A DNA stretch of 48,385 nt, taken from the IMG/VR virus record IMGVR_UViG_3300025099_000035, positions 1-48,385 of that record. The stretch is one strand, 5' to 3'. The notes beneath the pieces were generated by a model, which worked only from the letters and a program-made list of their open reading frames with translations, had not been told where the DNA came from and made no database searches. Of this stretch, positions 27,091 to 36,100 are shown piece by piece; position 1 is the stretch's first letter; each line of letters begins with the position of its first letter. The position numbers and the translations under genes were made by a program. The DNA is from a virus (Duplodnaviria > Caudoviricetes).

Positions 27091-27724
27091 CGTAGAAGAC
27101 GTATTCAGTGATGATGATTTTTTCGCTGAAACAACAACAAAAAAAGAAACCGCAACTAAAACTCCAAAGCCTAAATGGATTCCATTTGCTGATGGTGAGT
27201 ATTTTGGGCATATCTCAAAGGTAACTACTCGTGAGGTTGATACGCATAAGAAAACGCATAGAGCGATGGTGTATAACTTTGAAGTAAGGGTTGCTGATGA
27301 GAACTCAGTAAACAACTACACTTATCCATGGGGAAATACAACCTATGATACAGGTGGAGAAGAGTATGTTGGAAAGACAATCCGTGCAAGAGGAGTATTC
27401 AGATACCTTGCCCCTAAAGATGGTGATACATTCAAAGCTAATCCTGAAGGGAATAAGTCATTTACATATTTCTGTGATGCACTTCAAATAGAACTACCTT
27501 CTAAGCCTAAAACAATCGATGGCGTAGAGGTTGTTGTGAAGTCACTCCCAACCCTTACGGATGCTGATTTGCTTGGGAAACCTGTTATCGCAGTTGTTGG
27601 TGAAGGCAATAAATACACCAATAAGAATGGTAAAGAGGTTACCCCAAAGGAAGTTAAGTTTGTGAAAGCTTGGAGAGATGGTGAAGTAAAGGAGATAGAG
27701 GCTGATGCTGATATTCCGTTTTAA
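27083..27724 (+). CDS. ssb: Single-stranded DNA-binding protein (phage type)
   Basis: Follows the annealase; acidic C-terminus ending ADADIPF. Confidence 0.7.
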   Translation: MSNVEDVFSDDDFFAETTTKKETATKTPKPKWIPFADGEYFGHISKVTTREVDTHKKTHRAMVYNFEVRVADENSVNNYTYPWGNTTYDTGGEEYVGKTIRARGVFRYLAPKDGDTFKANPEGNKSFTYFCDALQIELPSKPKTIDGVEVVVKSLPTLTDADLLGKPVIAVVGEGNKYTNKNGKEVTPKEVKFVKAWRDGEVKEIEADADIPF

Positions 27725-27833
27725 GAAGTGGATAGCAGAGTATCTTATTAATAAAGGGTATGATGCTAAGGAAGTCATGAAGTATAGCAGGTTGAGTAAA
27801 TCAACTGTATATCGAATGAGAAAGAAGAAGTAG
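27705..27833 (+). CDS. Small HTH protein, 42 aa
   Basis: MLIFRFKKWIAEYLINKGYDAKEVMKYSRLSKSTVYRMRKKK; LSKSTVYR recognition helix. Confidence 0.6.
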   Translation: MLIFRFKKWIAEYLINKGYDAKEVMKYSRLSKSTVYRMRKKK

Positions 27834-27840
27834 ATATAAT

Positions 27841-27997
27841 TGCCCAAAAGAGCCACAGGCATTCAGTGTTCAAGTGATTGGATGCTGACCACATAAGATA
27901 ACTAGAGCAGGAGTGCTCCGTGATGTTGTCGCACATTAACATTGCAAGGCTGTAAGTTGCTTGTAAAAAACTACAACAAGCCCTGTGGCTATGGGTA
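27841..27997 (+). ncRNA. Candidate structured RNA 1 (multibranch, about 157 nt)
   Basis: Closing pairs TGCCCA/TGGGTA and AGCCACAGG/CCTGTGGCT enclose four hairpins; non-coding gap. Confidence 0.55.
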
Positions 27998-28010
27998 TAA
28001 TTTAAAATTA

Positions 28011-28101
28011 AAGAGAGTGGAGAGTTCTAACCGTGAGGCGAACCAAGGGCTGTTTGTTATCCTTATGACATGTTTGAGTCCTATTTGACACTCTCTTACC
28101 A
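28011..28101 (+). ncRNA. Candidate structured RNA 2 (three-way junction, ends in ACCA)
   Basis: AAGAGAGTG/CACTCTCTT closing stem, a CC-GTGA-GG GNRA hairpin and a second hairpin AGGGCT/AGTCCT. Confidence 0.5.
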
Positions 28102-28115
28102 TTACAGGAGAAGAA

Positions 28116-28241
28116 TTGAAAAAAGAAAGAGAAGATAAGTGGGATTTAATGAGCATGTTTACACCTATTGAGGTTTGGCTTCTCATTATAGCAACTATTG
28201 TAACGATGAGTGTTCTTTATTCTGTGTTAAGCTTATTTTAA
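28116..28241 (+). CDS. 41-aa membrane peptide (TTG start)
   Basis: AGGAG SD; C-terminal hydrophobic stretch VWLLIIATIVTMSVLYSVLSLF. Confidence 0.5.
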   Translation: MKKEREDKWDLMSMFTPIEVWLLIIATIVTMSVLYSVLSLF

Positions 28242-28242
28242 A

Positions 28243-28371
28243 ATGACACAGAATGGTAAAGGAGACAAGCAAAGAGTAAAATGGTCTAAAGAGTTTGAAG
28301 AGAGGTTTAATGCTATCTTTAAGAAAGGTAAGCATGATAAACAAGGCAAGAAAAAAGACTTAGATAAATGA
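28243..28371 (+). CDS. Small basic protein (GKGDKQR motif), 42 aa
   Basis: MTQNGKGDKQRVKWSKEFEERFNAIFKK...; pattern familiar from small phage ORFs. Confidence 0.55.
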   Translation: MTQNGKGDKQRVKWSKEFEERFNAIFKKGKHDKQGKKKDLDK

Positions 28372-28399
28372 TATAGAATATTTAAATTATGGGACGATT

Positions 28400-28654
28400 A
28401 TGATAACGAATCAGGAATCAAGGTATTGGATACTTGGATACCCAAGGGACACTAAGTATGAAAAGGAAAGAAAAAGACAGAGGGATGAGCGTAAAAAGGA
28501 GTATAATACACTTTATAAATGCACAAAGTGTGAAAGGGTTTGGGAGCAGTTCTATTCCTATAAAGGGAAAAAGATAATAACCTATAACCATATGCCATCT
28601 TACGGATTAAACAGACAAGATTGTCAACAATGTGAAGGAGAAAGTAATGGGTAG
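28400..28654 (+). CDS. Zinc-finger hypothetical protein
   Basis: CTKC...CQQC; start uncertain. Confidence 0.6.
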   Translation: MITNQESRYWILGYPRDTKYEKERKRQRDERKKEYNTLYKCTKCERVWEQFYSYKGKKIITYNHMPSYGLNRQDCQQCEGESNG

Positions 28655-28856
28655 AGCCATAGACATGGAAAATAATATACAAAAAATCAATCAAAGGATT
28701 GAAAGAATTGAACCAGCACTTGAGAAGGTGATTAACTGGATTGCAGAACAGGAGAATAAGGTTGATAATAAGAAGCAACGTAAAAGTGAGACAGTTAAAA
28801 AGTCAACCAAAGCAACAAAGGCAGTGTCAGATGTGCAAGAAGGTGACGACAACTAA
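28647..28856 (+). CDS. Hypothetical protein
   Basis: ATG 28647 after AAGGAG. Confidence 0.6.
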   Translation: MGRAIDMENNIQKINQRIERIEPALEKVINWIAEQENKVDNKKQRKSETVKKSTKATKAVSDVQEGDDN

Positions 28857-29004
28857 ACCATATGAATTGACCCTCGTTTCCTTTACAGGGCTTGATGATA
28901 CTGTAATGGAGGTCTGTAGGAAGTGTGCCTACAAAGAGTCATATGGAACAAAAGGAATGTCAAAGGCTATGAAGGAGAGTAAGATTGAAAAAGAAACCGA
29001 CTAA
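28786..29004 (+). CDS. Zinc-finger hypothetical protein
   Basis: CQMC...CRKC; start uncertain (GTG 28786 assumed). Confidence 0.55.
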   Translation: MRQLKSQPKQQRQCQMCKKVTTTKPYELTLVSFTGLDDTVMEVCRKCAYKESYGTKGMSKAMKESKIEKETD

Positions 29005-29182
29005 AAAAGATATAGAAGTAGTAGTGTCAAGTCTTATTAATCATCTACAGATAATAGAGCAGAAGGTAGATGCACTTGATAATATATTTGGTACATACAT
29101 TAAATACAAGAAAGACGAAAAGGGCTTTCAGAAGTATATTAAGAAACAGATTGATTTAGAGTCTGATGGTAGAGATAAGTAA
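28985..29182 (+). CDS. Hypothetical protein
   Basis: TTG start after AAGGAG; coiled-coil-like. Confidence 0.6.
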   Translation: MKKKPTKKDIEVVVSSLINHLQIIEQKVDALDNIFGTYIKYKKDEKGFQKYIKKQIDLESDGRDK

Positions 29183-29519
29183 GGAGTTAGGCTATGTGTA
29201 TTTCACCTCAACAGGTGATATATATGCAAAACGGAGTGAGGCTGAGATGCGTCAAGCAGAGATTAACTATACTAAAGAATCAAGAGAAATGATAGAAAGG
29301 AGGCTTCTTGTGGATGCAGAGAAAATACTGGAAATACTGAATGAACGAGGATGGGGTGTTTATTATAAAACAAACCCAATTCATGTTCTTGGTGTACAAG
29401 GAGGTGAGCCACCTATCTTCTCCGTCAATGTTGTGAGCGATGATATATTTTTGAATGTGCTTACAGGCAACGACAAAGGAGATGATAAATGGCATTCAGA
29501 GACAGATTCAACTCAGTAG
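29166..29519 (+). CDS. Hypothetical protein
   Basis: 117 aa in a tightly overlapping operon. Confidence 0.6.
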   Translation: MVEISKELGYVYFTSTGDIYAKRSEAEMRQAEINYTKESREMIERRLLVDAEKILEILNERGWGVYYKTNPIHVLGVQGGEPPIFSVNVVSDDIFLNVLTGNDKGDDKWHSETDSTQ

Positions 29520-29698
29520 AGGAGTTTGATGATTGGTTATTGGCGTTCTATGAAGAAAGAATAATTACATTCATGGACGGCATTGGAGAGTTTACAGAAC
29601 ACGGAACGATGATATCCCCGACCCTAATAAAAACTACAATGGATAGATACATCAAATTATTGGAAGATAAATATGTTATTGATAGGAAACTGTCTTGA
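29489..29698 (+). CDS. Hypothetical protein
   Basis: 69 aa; AAGGAG SD. Confidence 0.6.
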   Translation: MAFRDRFNSVEEFDDWLLAFYEERIITFMDGIGEFTEHGTMISPTLIKTTMDRYIKLLEDKYVIDRKLS

Positions 29699-30482
29699 TA
29701 AATTAAAAGAATTAGAGGAGGGGTCAGTACAGTCTTGCGTAACCTCGCCCCCTTATTGGGGTCTAAGAGACTATGATAATACTGACCAATTAGGACAAGA
29801 AGACCACCCTGAAGATTTTGTTGTAAAGTTAACAGAAATCTTTATGGAGGTGCATCGTGTACTCAGAGATGATGGGACGTTATGGCTCAATATTGGAGAT
29901 ACATATTTTGGTGCAAAGGGTGGTCATTTTGATGGGGTAAATTCAATCACAAATGATGGTTCGGGTAGTAAGTATAGGGAGAGTAGAAAAGCTCCGCCTA
30001 AGCACCCATATTTGAAGACTAAAGACCTATCGGGAGTTCCTTGGAAACTTGCATTATCTCTTCAACGAAAAGGTTGGTATATACGGCAAGATATTATATG
30101 GCAAAAGCCTAATCCTATGCCCGAAGCAGTGAATGACAGATGTGCTAAATCTCATGAGCATATCTTCTTGCTCACAAAGAAACCAAAATACTATTTTGAT
30201 GCTGAGGCAATAGCTGAACCTACAAGGCGAAGAACTGATGTATGGTCAATCAATACATCTTCTTGCAAAGAGGCTCATTTTGCAGTATTCCCAACAAAGA
30301 TTCCTGAGATGTGTATCAAGGCAGGTACAAAAGAAGGTGATGTGGTACTTGACCCTTTCATGGGGAGTGGAACAACTGCCTACGTAGCTCAAAGATTAGG
30401 ACGTAAATGGATTGGTGTGGAACTAAACCCTGAGTATGCACAAATAATTAAAAATAGGGTAGCACAGAGAGAGTTATTTTAA
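29673..30482 (+). CDS. DNA methyltransferase, N4/N6 beta class
   Basis: Motif IV TSPPY near the N-terminus; motif I LDPFMGSGTT near the C-terminus; HFAVFP. Confidence 0.92.
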   Translation: MLLIGNCLDKLKELEEGSVQSCVTSPPYWGLRDYDNTDQLGQEDHPEDFVVKLTEIFMEVHRVLRDDGTLWLNIGDTYFGAKGGHFDGVNSITNDGSGSKYRESRKAPPKHPYLKTKDLSGVPWKLALSLQRKGWYIRQDIIWQKPNPMPEAVNDRCAKSHEHIFLLTKKPKYYFDAEAIAEPTRRRTDVWSINTSSCKEAHFAVFPTKIPEMCIKAGTKEGDVVLDPFMGSGTTAYVAQRLGRKWIGVELNPEYAQIIKNRVAQRELF

Positions 30483-30742
30483 TGGATATAGCGAATGGAC
30501 ATAATAAAATGAAACAAGAGGAGATGGATGATATTGTGAATCATCCAAAGCACTATACTACAGGAGCAATTGAATGTATTGATTACATCAATGCCTGTGA
30601 GTTTGATTATCTTGAAGGCAACATCGTGAAGTATGTCACAAGGTATAAACATAAAAACGGAGTCGTGGACTTACGTAAGGCAGAGTTTTACTTACGTATG
30701 CTAATTGAAAGGGAGTTAAATGGAATCGGAGATGAGACTTGA
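30482..30742 (+). CDS. DUF3310 (T7 gp1.7-related) protein
   Basis: VNHPKHY, IECIDYI, GNIVKYVTRYKHKNG..DLRKAEFYL. Confidence 0.85.
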   Translation: MDIANGHNKMKQEEMDDIVNHPKHYTTGAIECIDYINACEFDYLEGNIVKYVTRYKHKNGVVDLRKAEFYLRMLIERELNGIGDET

Positions 30743-32093
30743 GAACATTGTTCTTGGTCAAGCAGTAAATAACCCAGAAGATTTTGATGAACTTGCACAA
30801 TACGTCCCCAATGGGGATGTTTTTGTTCAGGGTAGAGCAAGACGTTTATGGGAAAAGGTTGGTGGTATGCTTAGAGAGGATAAGCCTATAAGTCTTATCA
30901 CAGTAACATCAGCATTAACATCATATGATAACGAGAAAGGTGTAACATCATCATATGTAGTGGATACAACCACAGCAGCAGCTTGTTCTACAGGAATAAA
31001 AGATATGACTCATGCAAAGCTAATGTATGAGAAGTATATGTTAAGAAGAGTTTTAGGAGAGGCTCAAAAAATTGAATCTCTTGCAAGAAATAATTCAGGA
31101 AAGGTTTATGATGCAATTGAAGATGCACATAGACACCTTGGACAAATATTAGAATTAAAGCCTGATGAGAATTTTTCTATTGATAAAGAACTACTTTCTG
31201 CCATAAGTTCTATCACTGACAAAGAGTCACTTTTGATTAAGACAGGCTACGATGGTTTAGATGCCTTCGCAGGTGGATTAACAAAAGGAGAAATTACAAT
31301 TATTGGGGGTCGCCCAGGTCATGGTAAGACCACCTTTATGATTAACTTGCTATCACGAATGATTCACTCTGGACTCCGTATAGCCTTCTTTAGTAGGGAA
31401 TTACCAAATAGCGAACTACTGAAGAAACTCCTCACCCTTGAATCAGGTAAGTTATCATATGGGATGGTTCGAAAAGGCATTTTTGAACAAAGCGACCTTC
31501 AAGAACTTGAGTACATAAAGGATAAAATGACGGATTGGTATGCAAAGGAAAAGTTCGTCATGTTCGACCACATAAGAGACTTCTCAAATACGGCAAGTGA
31601 GATACGGAAGTTTAAACCTGATGTGGTTTTCGATGACTACCTCCAACTTATACAGCCTCATGGTAAATTTGACCAAAGAAGATTGCAATTAGAACAACTT
31701 GTAAATGATTACAAGTGGGTGGCAAAAGAAAATAAATGTGCTGTTGTACTTGCATCTCAACTTAATAGGGCAATAGAAACAAGGAATGACCCTATACCAC
31801 AGTTATCAGATTTGGCGGAGAGTGGAGCAATTGAACAAGTGGCAGAGAATGTATTCTTTGTCTTTTACCCTCACAAGGTAAAGCCTGATAAGGCACAAGA
31901 TAATATAATTGAAATACGTGCAGCTAAGGTTCGCTATGGAGAAACAGGACAATGTGAGCTTGGATTCGATGGTGACAGAGCAAAGATGTACGGAACATTA
32001 GAGGAGCTAGTAGATGCGAAAAGAGAAAAAAGGAGAAGTTCGAAAGCAAGGGCAGTCCAAAAAGAAGAAGATGACCTCAATCTCCCCTTCTAG
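30720..32093 (+). CDS. dnaB: Replicative DNA helicase, DnaB-like
   Basis: GGRPGHGKTT, DDYLQL, ASQLNR, SDLAESGAIEQVA, KVRYG. Confidence 0.93.
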   Translation: MESEMRLENIVLGQAVNNPEDFDELAQYVPNGDVFVQGRARRLWEKVGGMLREDKPISLITVTSALTSYDNEKGVTSSYVVDTTTAAACSTGIKDMTHAKLMYEKYMLRRVLGEAQKIESLARNNSGKVYDAIEDAHRHLGQILELKPDENFSIDKELLSAISSITDKESLLIKTGYDGLDAFAGGLTKGEITIIGGRPGHGKTTFMINLLSRMIHSGLRIAFFSRELPNSELLKKLLTLESGKLSYGMVRKGIFEQSDLQELEYIKDKMTDWYAKEKFVMFDHIRDFSNTASEIRKFKPDVVFDDYLQLIQPHGKFDQRRLQLEQLVNDYKWVAKENKCAVVLASQLNRAIETRNDPIPQLSDLAESGAIEQVAENVFFVFYPHKVKPDKAQDNIIEIRAAKVRYGETGQCELGFDGDRAKMYGTLEELVDAKREKRRSSKARAVQKEEDDLNLPF

Positions 32094-32544
32094 GATAATT
32101 GGAATAGACCCAGGGAAAAATGGTGGACTTGTTGTAATATCAGACAAAGAGATAAGGGCATATAAATGTCCAGAGACTCCTGATGCAATGGCTACATTAT
32201 TTGGAGTTGCTTTGAACGGAGATGCACCAATTGATACTTATTGTGTCATTGAGAAAGTCTGGGCAAGACCTGGGAATGCATCAAGAGCAGCTTTTACTTA
32301 TGGGGTTAACTTTGGATTATGGTTGGGTATAGCAGCATCATATGAAGTTGATGTGAATTATGTTCTTCCACAGAAATGGATGGCTCACTTTGAGTGCCCA
32401 AAAGGGATGCAAGTTACACAGAGAAAGAATTGGTTAAAGGATAAGGCGAAGGAGTATTATCCTCAACTTAAAAAGGTTACATTGGCTACGGCTGATGCAA
32501 TATTAATTGCGAGATATGGACAAGATGTTACAACAAATAGTTAA
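32071..32544 (+). CDS. RuvC-like Holliday junction resolvase
   Basis: IIGIDPGKNGG, VIEKV, PQKW, ADAILIA; likely ATG at 32071. Confidence 0.82.
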   Translation: MTSISPSRIIGIDPGKNGGLVVISDKEIRAYKCPETPDAMATLFGVALNGDAPIDTYCVIEKVWARPGNASRAAFTYGVNFGLWLGIAASYEVDVNYVLPQKWMAHFECPKGMQVTQRKNWLKDKAKEYYPQLKKVTLATADAILIARYGQDVTTNS

Positions 32545-33094
32545 ACACTTTGGTGTTTGCGAAATAGAAGAAAGAGGTAATTGGGTGGCTTTAAATACGG
32601 ATTATATAAATAATAAATGGGATATTAAGCTTCAAGGAAAAACTAAATTTTCTTACGACCTTTCTGATGGGAAGGATGGTGAAAAATGGGTAGATAGGCT
32701 TCTTGACGACTCTACTGTTGAAGTTAAAAGAGAGATGTACGACCCTGATGGAGAAGAGCCATGGAAGAAATGGTATAAAACAGGAAACATAGCAATAGAA
32801 GTACAAAGAAAAGAAGGACTTGATACAGTTAAGTCAGGTCTATCCATTACAGAAGCTACAACTTGGGTACACTTATTGTCATTTAAAGACGAAATAAGGA
32901 CTGGTTTTATCTTTGAGGTATCAAAGCTTAAGATGTTAGTTAAAAGGCTTTTAAAGGAGCATCCTCATAGCAATGAGACAAAATATTGTGAGTCTTGTGG
33001 AGTTGGCTGTAAAGGTGTAAGGATTATATGGGGTGGTGACGGTGGAAGAACAAAAAATGTTCTTGTTCCAATACATTTACTGTATAGATATTAA
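32516..33094 (+). CDS. PD-(D/E)XK-like phage protein
   Basis: TVEVKRE...KTGNIAIE...SGLSITEATTWVH; start uncertain. Confidence 0.6.
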   Translation: MDKMLQQIVKHFGVCEIEERGNWVALNTDYINNKWDIKLQGKTKFSYDLSDGKDGEKWVDRLLDDSTVEVKREMYDPDGEEPWKKWYKTGNIAIEVQRKEGLDTVKSGLSITEATTWVHLLSFKDEIRTGFIFEVSKLKMLVKRLLKEHPHSNETKYCESCGVGCKGVRIIWGGDGGRTKNVLVPIHLLYRY

Positions 33095-33132
33095 TCCTTC
33101 TCAGATGATGCTCATACCAATTGATAAATTAT

Positions 33133-36100
33133 TTAGAGATTAAATTTAGCTTCCTTCGCAAGTTCTTTCATGTTCATCTTGCGTAAATAATAACCGAATG
33201 ATTTATTGATACTCTTCATTTTATCTTTATACTCGTTCTCTAATTCATTCATTCTCTTTACAATCTGGCGTTTATCTTGAGGGTCATTCCTTACAATCCA
33301 ATCAATAAAATCAGCTCTTGTTAGCTTAGTTTCAATTGCTTGACCTTTGCGGATAGATGCTGGATTAGGGTTTAAGTTTGTCATCATCCCCTTGAGTTTA
33401 GCGTCAGCAGCTTTAAAAGCTCTATCAGGATTACCCTTAATGTGATATATCATATCTTTATTCTTGCCTTCAGCAAATCCTTTTTTCATATAATCACCAG
33501 CTAAAGCAAATCTTAAGGTCATATAAGTTCTAACAAACTCTTCTTCTGTGCCAAGATTAAAGGCATTCTTTAAATCAATTTTATATTTTGTAAGTTCAGT
33601 ACCTTCAAACATTTGAACTGGTTTTTCAAGAACATCTTCATTGTAGTTCTTCCAAAGATTGCTCATTCTAATCATATCTCTATTATATGGATTGTTACGC
33701 TTTTCAATTACTTTCATTCCTGCATTATATATGCTAATAGTTTTTCTTGCATAAGTATCAAAAGCCTGTCCCTTACCGAATACAAATTTCTTATCTTGAA
33801 TTACATCAGAAAACCCTTGAGCAAGTGCCCCTGCATTTGTGTATATCGCAGGATATAAAGAGCTGTTTATTGAGCTACTAAATGGGCTAAAGAACTCTGA
33901 GAATAATCCAAGCATCTCACCTTTCCACATTATGGTTGCCTGTCTTGACCAAAAACTATCATTTTCTTTTGGCATTGCTTGTCCAAATAATCCTGAATAC
34001 ATACCCATTAAAGCAGCACCACCTGTATATGTAGCAAGTGTACCCACAAGAATCTTTCCATAGTCTTTGCTTTTATAAGCTCTTCTAATATTTTCAGCTG
34101 TATTAACTGTTGCTGCAAAAGCCATACGCTTATATAGGGTTAAGGGTTTAATCATATTCCCTGATGCAAAGCTTGGCATAAATAAATCAATTGATGCTCC
34201 TTGAGTCTTTACATGGGACATTGTATAAGCTCTTTGTATAGCATTGTCTAAATTTCTTTTCTCAATAAGATAATCTCTTGTTGAGTTAAAATTAGCTTTA
34301 TTAATTACATTGCTTTCAAATCCATGCTTTACCATTAAAGCAATATCACTACTTGAAAGTTCATAAAAATCTTCAAGCCTATCTTTAGCTCTCTCATACT
34401 TAGCAGAACCCTTTTTATTCACCCTCATAGCTTCAATCATTCTTGCTTGGTCATACTTTGATGCCATTTGAACAAGGTTTCTATTGAATTTTTCTGTAGG
34501 CTTCATCAATCCTGCTCTAAAAAAAGTTTTATCGAGAGTCTCGGATATTTTCCCTTCTTCAAAGTGAGCAGTACCAATTTGATGTGCTCCAGTCTTAACA
34601 AGTTCTTTTGCTTCTCCTTTAATCACCCCTGAGAATCCTCTTGCAATATCTTGTAATTCAAAAGCATATGCTGTTCCTGCTGTACCTGTTATTATATTTT
34701 TAATACCACTTGTAGGAGCTGATAGCCCTACCTTTGCAAGTACATTAGCAAACTTTTGACTTATTCCAACAGTCATTTCAAATGGATTTGATTGACCAAC
34801 ACCGATTCTTCTTTCAAAAGATTGATTTACCCATTCAAAGGCTTGTGGGTCAGCCTGTTGCAATTGCCCAATTAATTTTTTAGCTCCACTCTTTTTGAAT
34901 CCTTTCATTTTCGCAAACTCTGGAAAGACTTCTAAAGTTGCAAGGAATTTTGCCATACCAATACTATACTTCATAACAGTAGCATCATGGGAGGTTTCGT
35001 ATACACGAATCAATTTCCCATCATCAGGATTCTTAACAAACTCAGGAAGTTTATCGTGCCTTTTTAATAAAAACTTAGATGAAACTTTGTCTAAAGAAAA
35101 GGTTGATGCATCATATAATTGTTCATAAGCCATTCCTTTTGCTACATCTCTTTGGCTTCCAATCTGTTCCATCGTAGGATTCTTTGTTTTGTAAAGCTCT
35201 TTTGCGAGGTCTATTGCAATTTGATTTGTACTTTTATCAACAATACCCTCTATAGACTTATGCTCTAATCCAACAAGCTTTTTGAAATCAGTTGTTGTTT
35301 GTTGTGTTATAAAAACACCATCTTCAATAAACTTAACATTGCCTTCTTTTTTAAACTTTTCATATTGAGCTGGATTCATTAATATTTGTGCAATTTCATC
35401 AAAGATTTTGGGATAATACTTCGTGTATTCTACATATCTTTCTGCTATTCTTCCTTCAACTGTATCTTTATTAATAAAGTCTTTTAAGTCTCCACCCTCT
35501 TTAAACCATTCTTTTTTAATTGCTTTTTTAAAGAATCTATCAGCAGCTTCTATATTTTTTATTTCTTTTTTGGATAAAAGTTCACGATTCTTTCTTAGCA
35601 TATCCATATTTTCAATGTATCTTTCACCTTTTCCACTTAATGCAATAGCCATTGAATCTTTTATTTTATTCCATCCTCCTTCTCCAAGCCCTTTCATTTG
35701 CTTTCCATCAGGAGCAGTCCATCCCTTTTTAAAATCAACAATCATATTATCATAATTACCAAGGTGTCCAGCCTCTACCCCAAAATGCTTTTTCATAAGT
35801 TTAGCTAATGGTCTTAATCCCATAGCCTCAAGGACTTTATATACAGGATAAGTAGCTCGGCTCGCCTCTACCTTAAACTTTTCCCATCCTTCTAAATATT
35901 TAGGGTCTAACTTTTTAGCCATTATATCCATGTCAGTAAAATCAGGATTAAATGTTTCTTGTCCACGAATCGTATGCAACATCTCTTTATAATTGTCAAT
36001 CTGTTTCTGTGAGGCTCTCCATATATCACCTTCAGGAACTCCAAGAGCTTTTAGCATTTTTTTGCGTGATGATTCAGTCAATCCTTTTTCATTTACTCTC

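Noticed and set aside
28011-28101. Canonical tRNA gene
   Set aside because: No T-arm with TTCRA and no cloverleaf; reported only as a tRNA-like candidate.
28334-28402. ATG at 28334 in frame with ORF 28400 across a TAG at 28361 (possible amber recoding)
   Set aside because: TAG is used as a normal stop elsewhere (18789, 27833, 40012), long genes are uninterrupted, and another ORF already covers this stretch.
29673-33094. Type II restriction-modification pair (methyltransferase plus the 32516 nuclease-like gene)
   Set aside because: The genes are separated by three others, and both types commonly occur alone in phages; no evidence of pairing.
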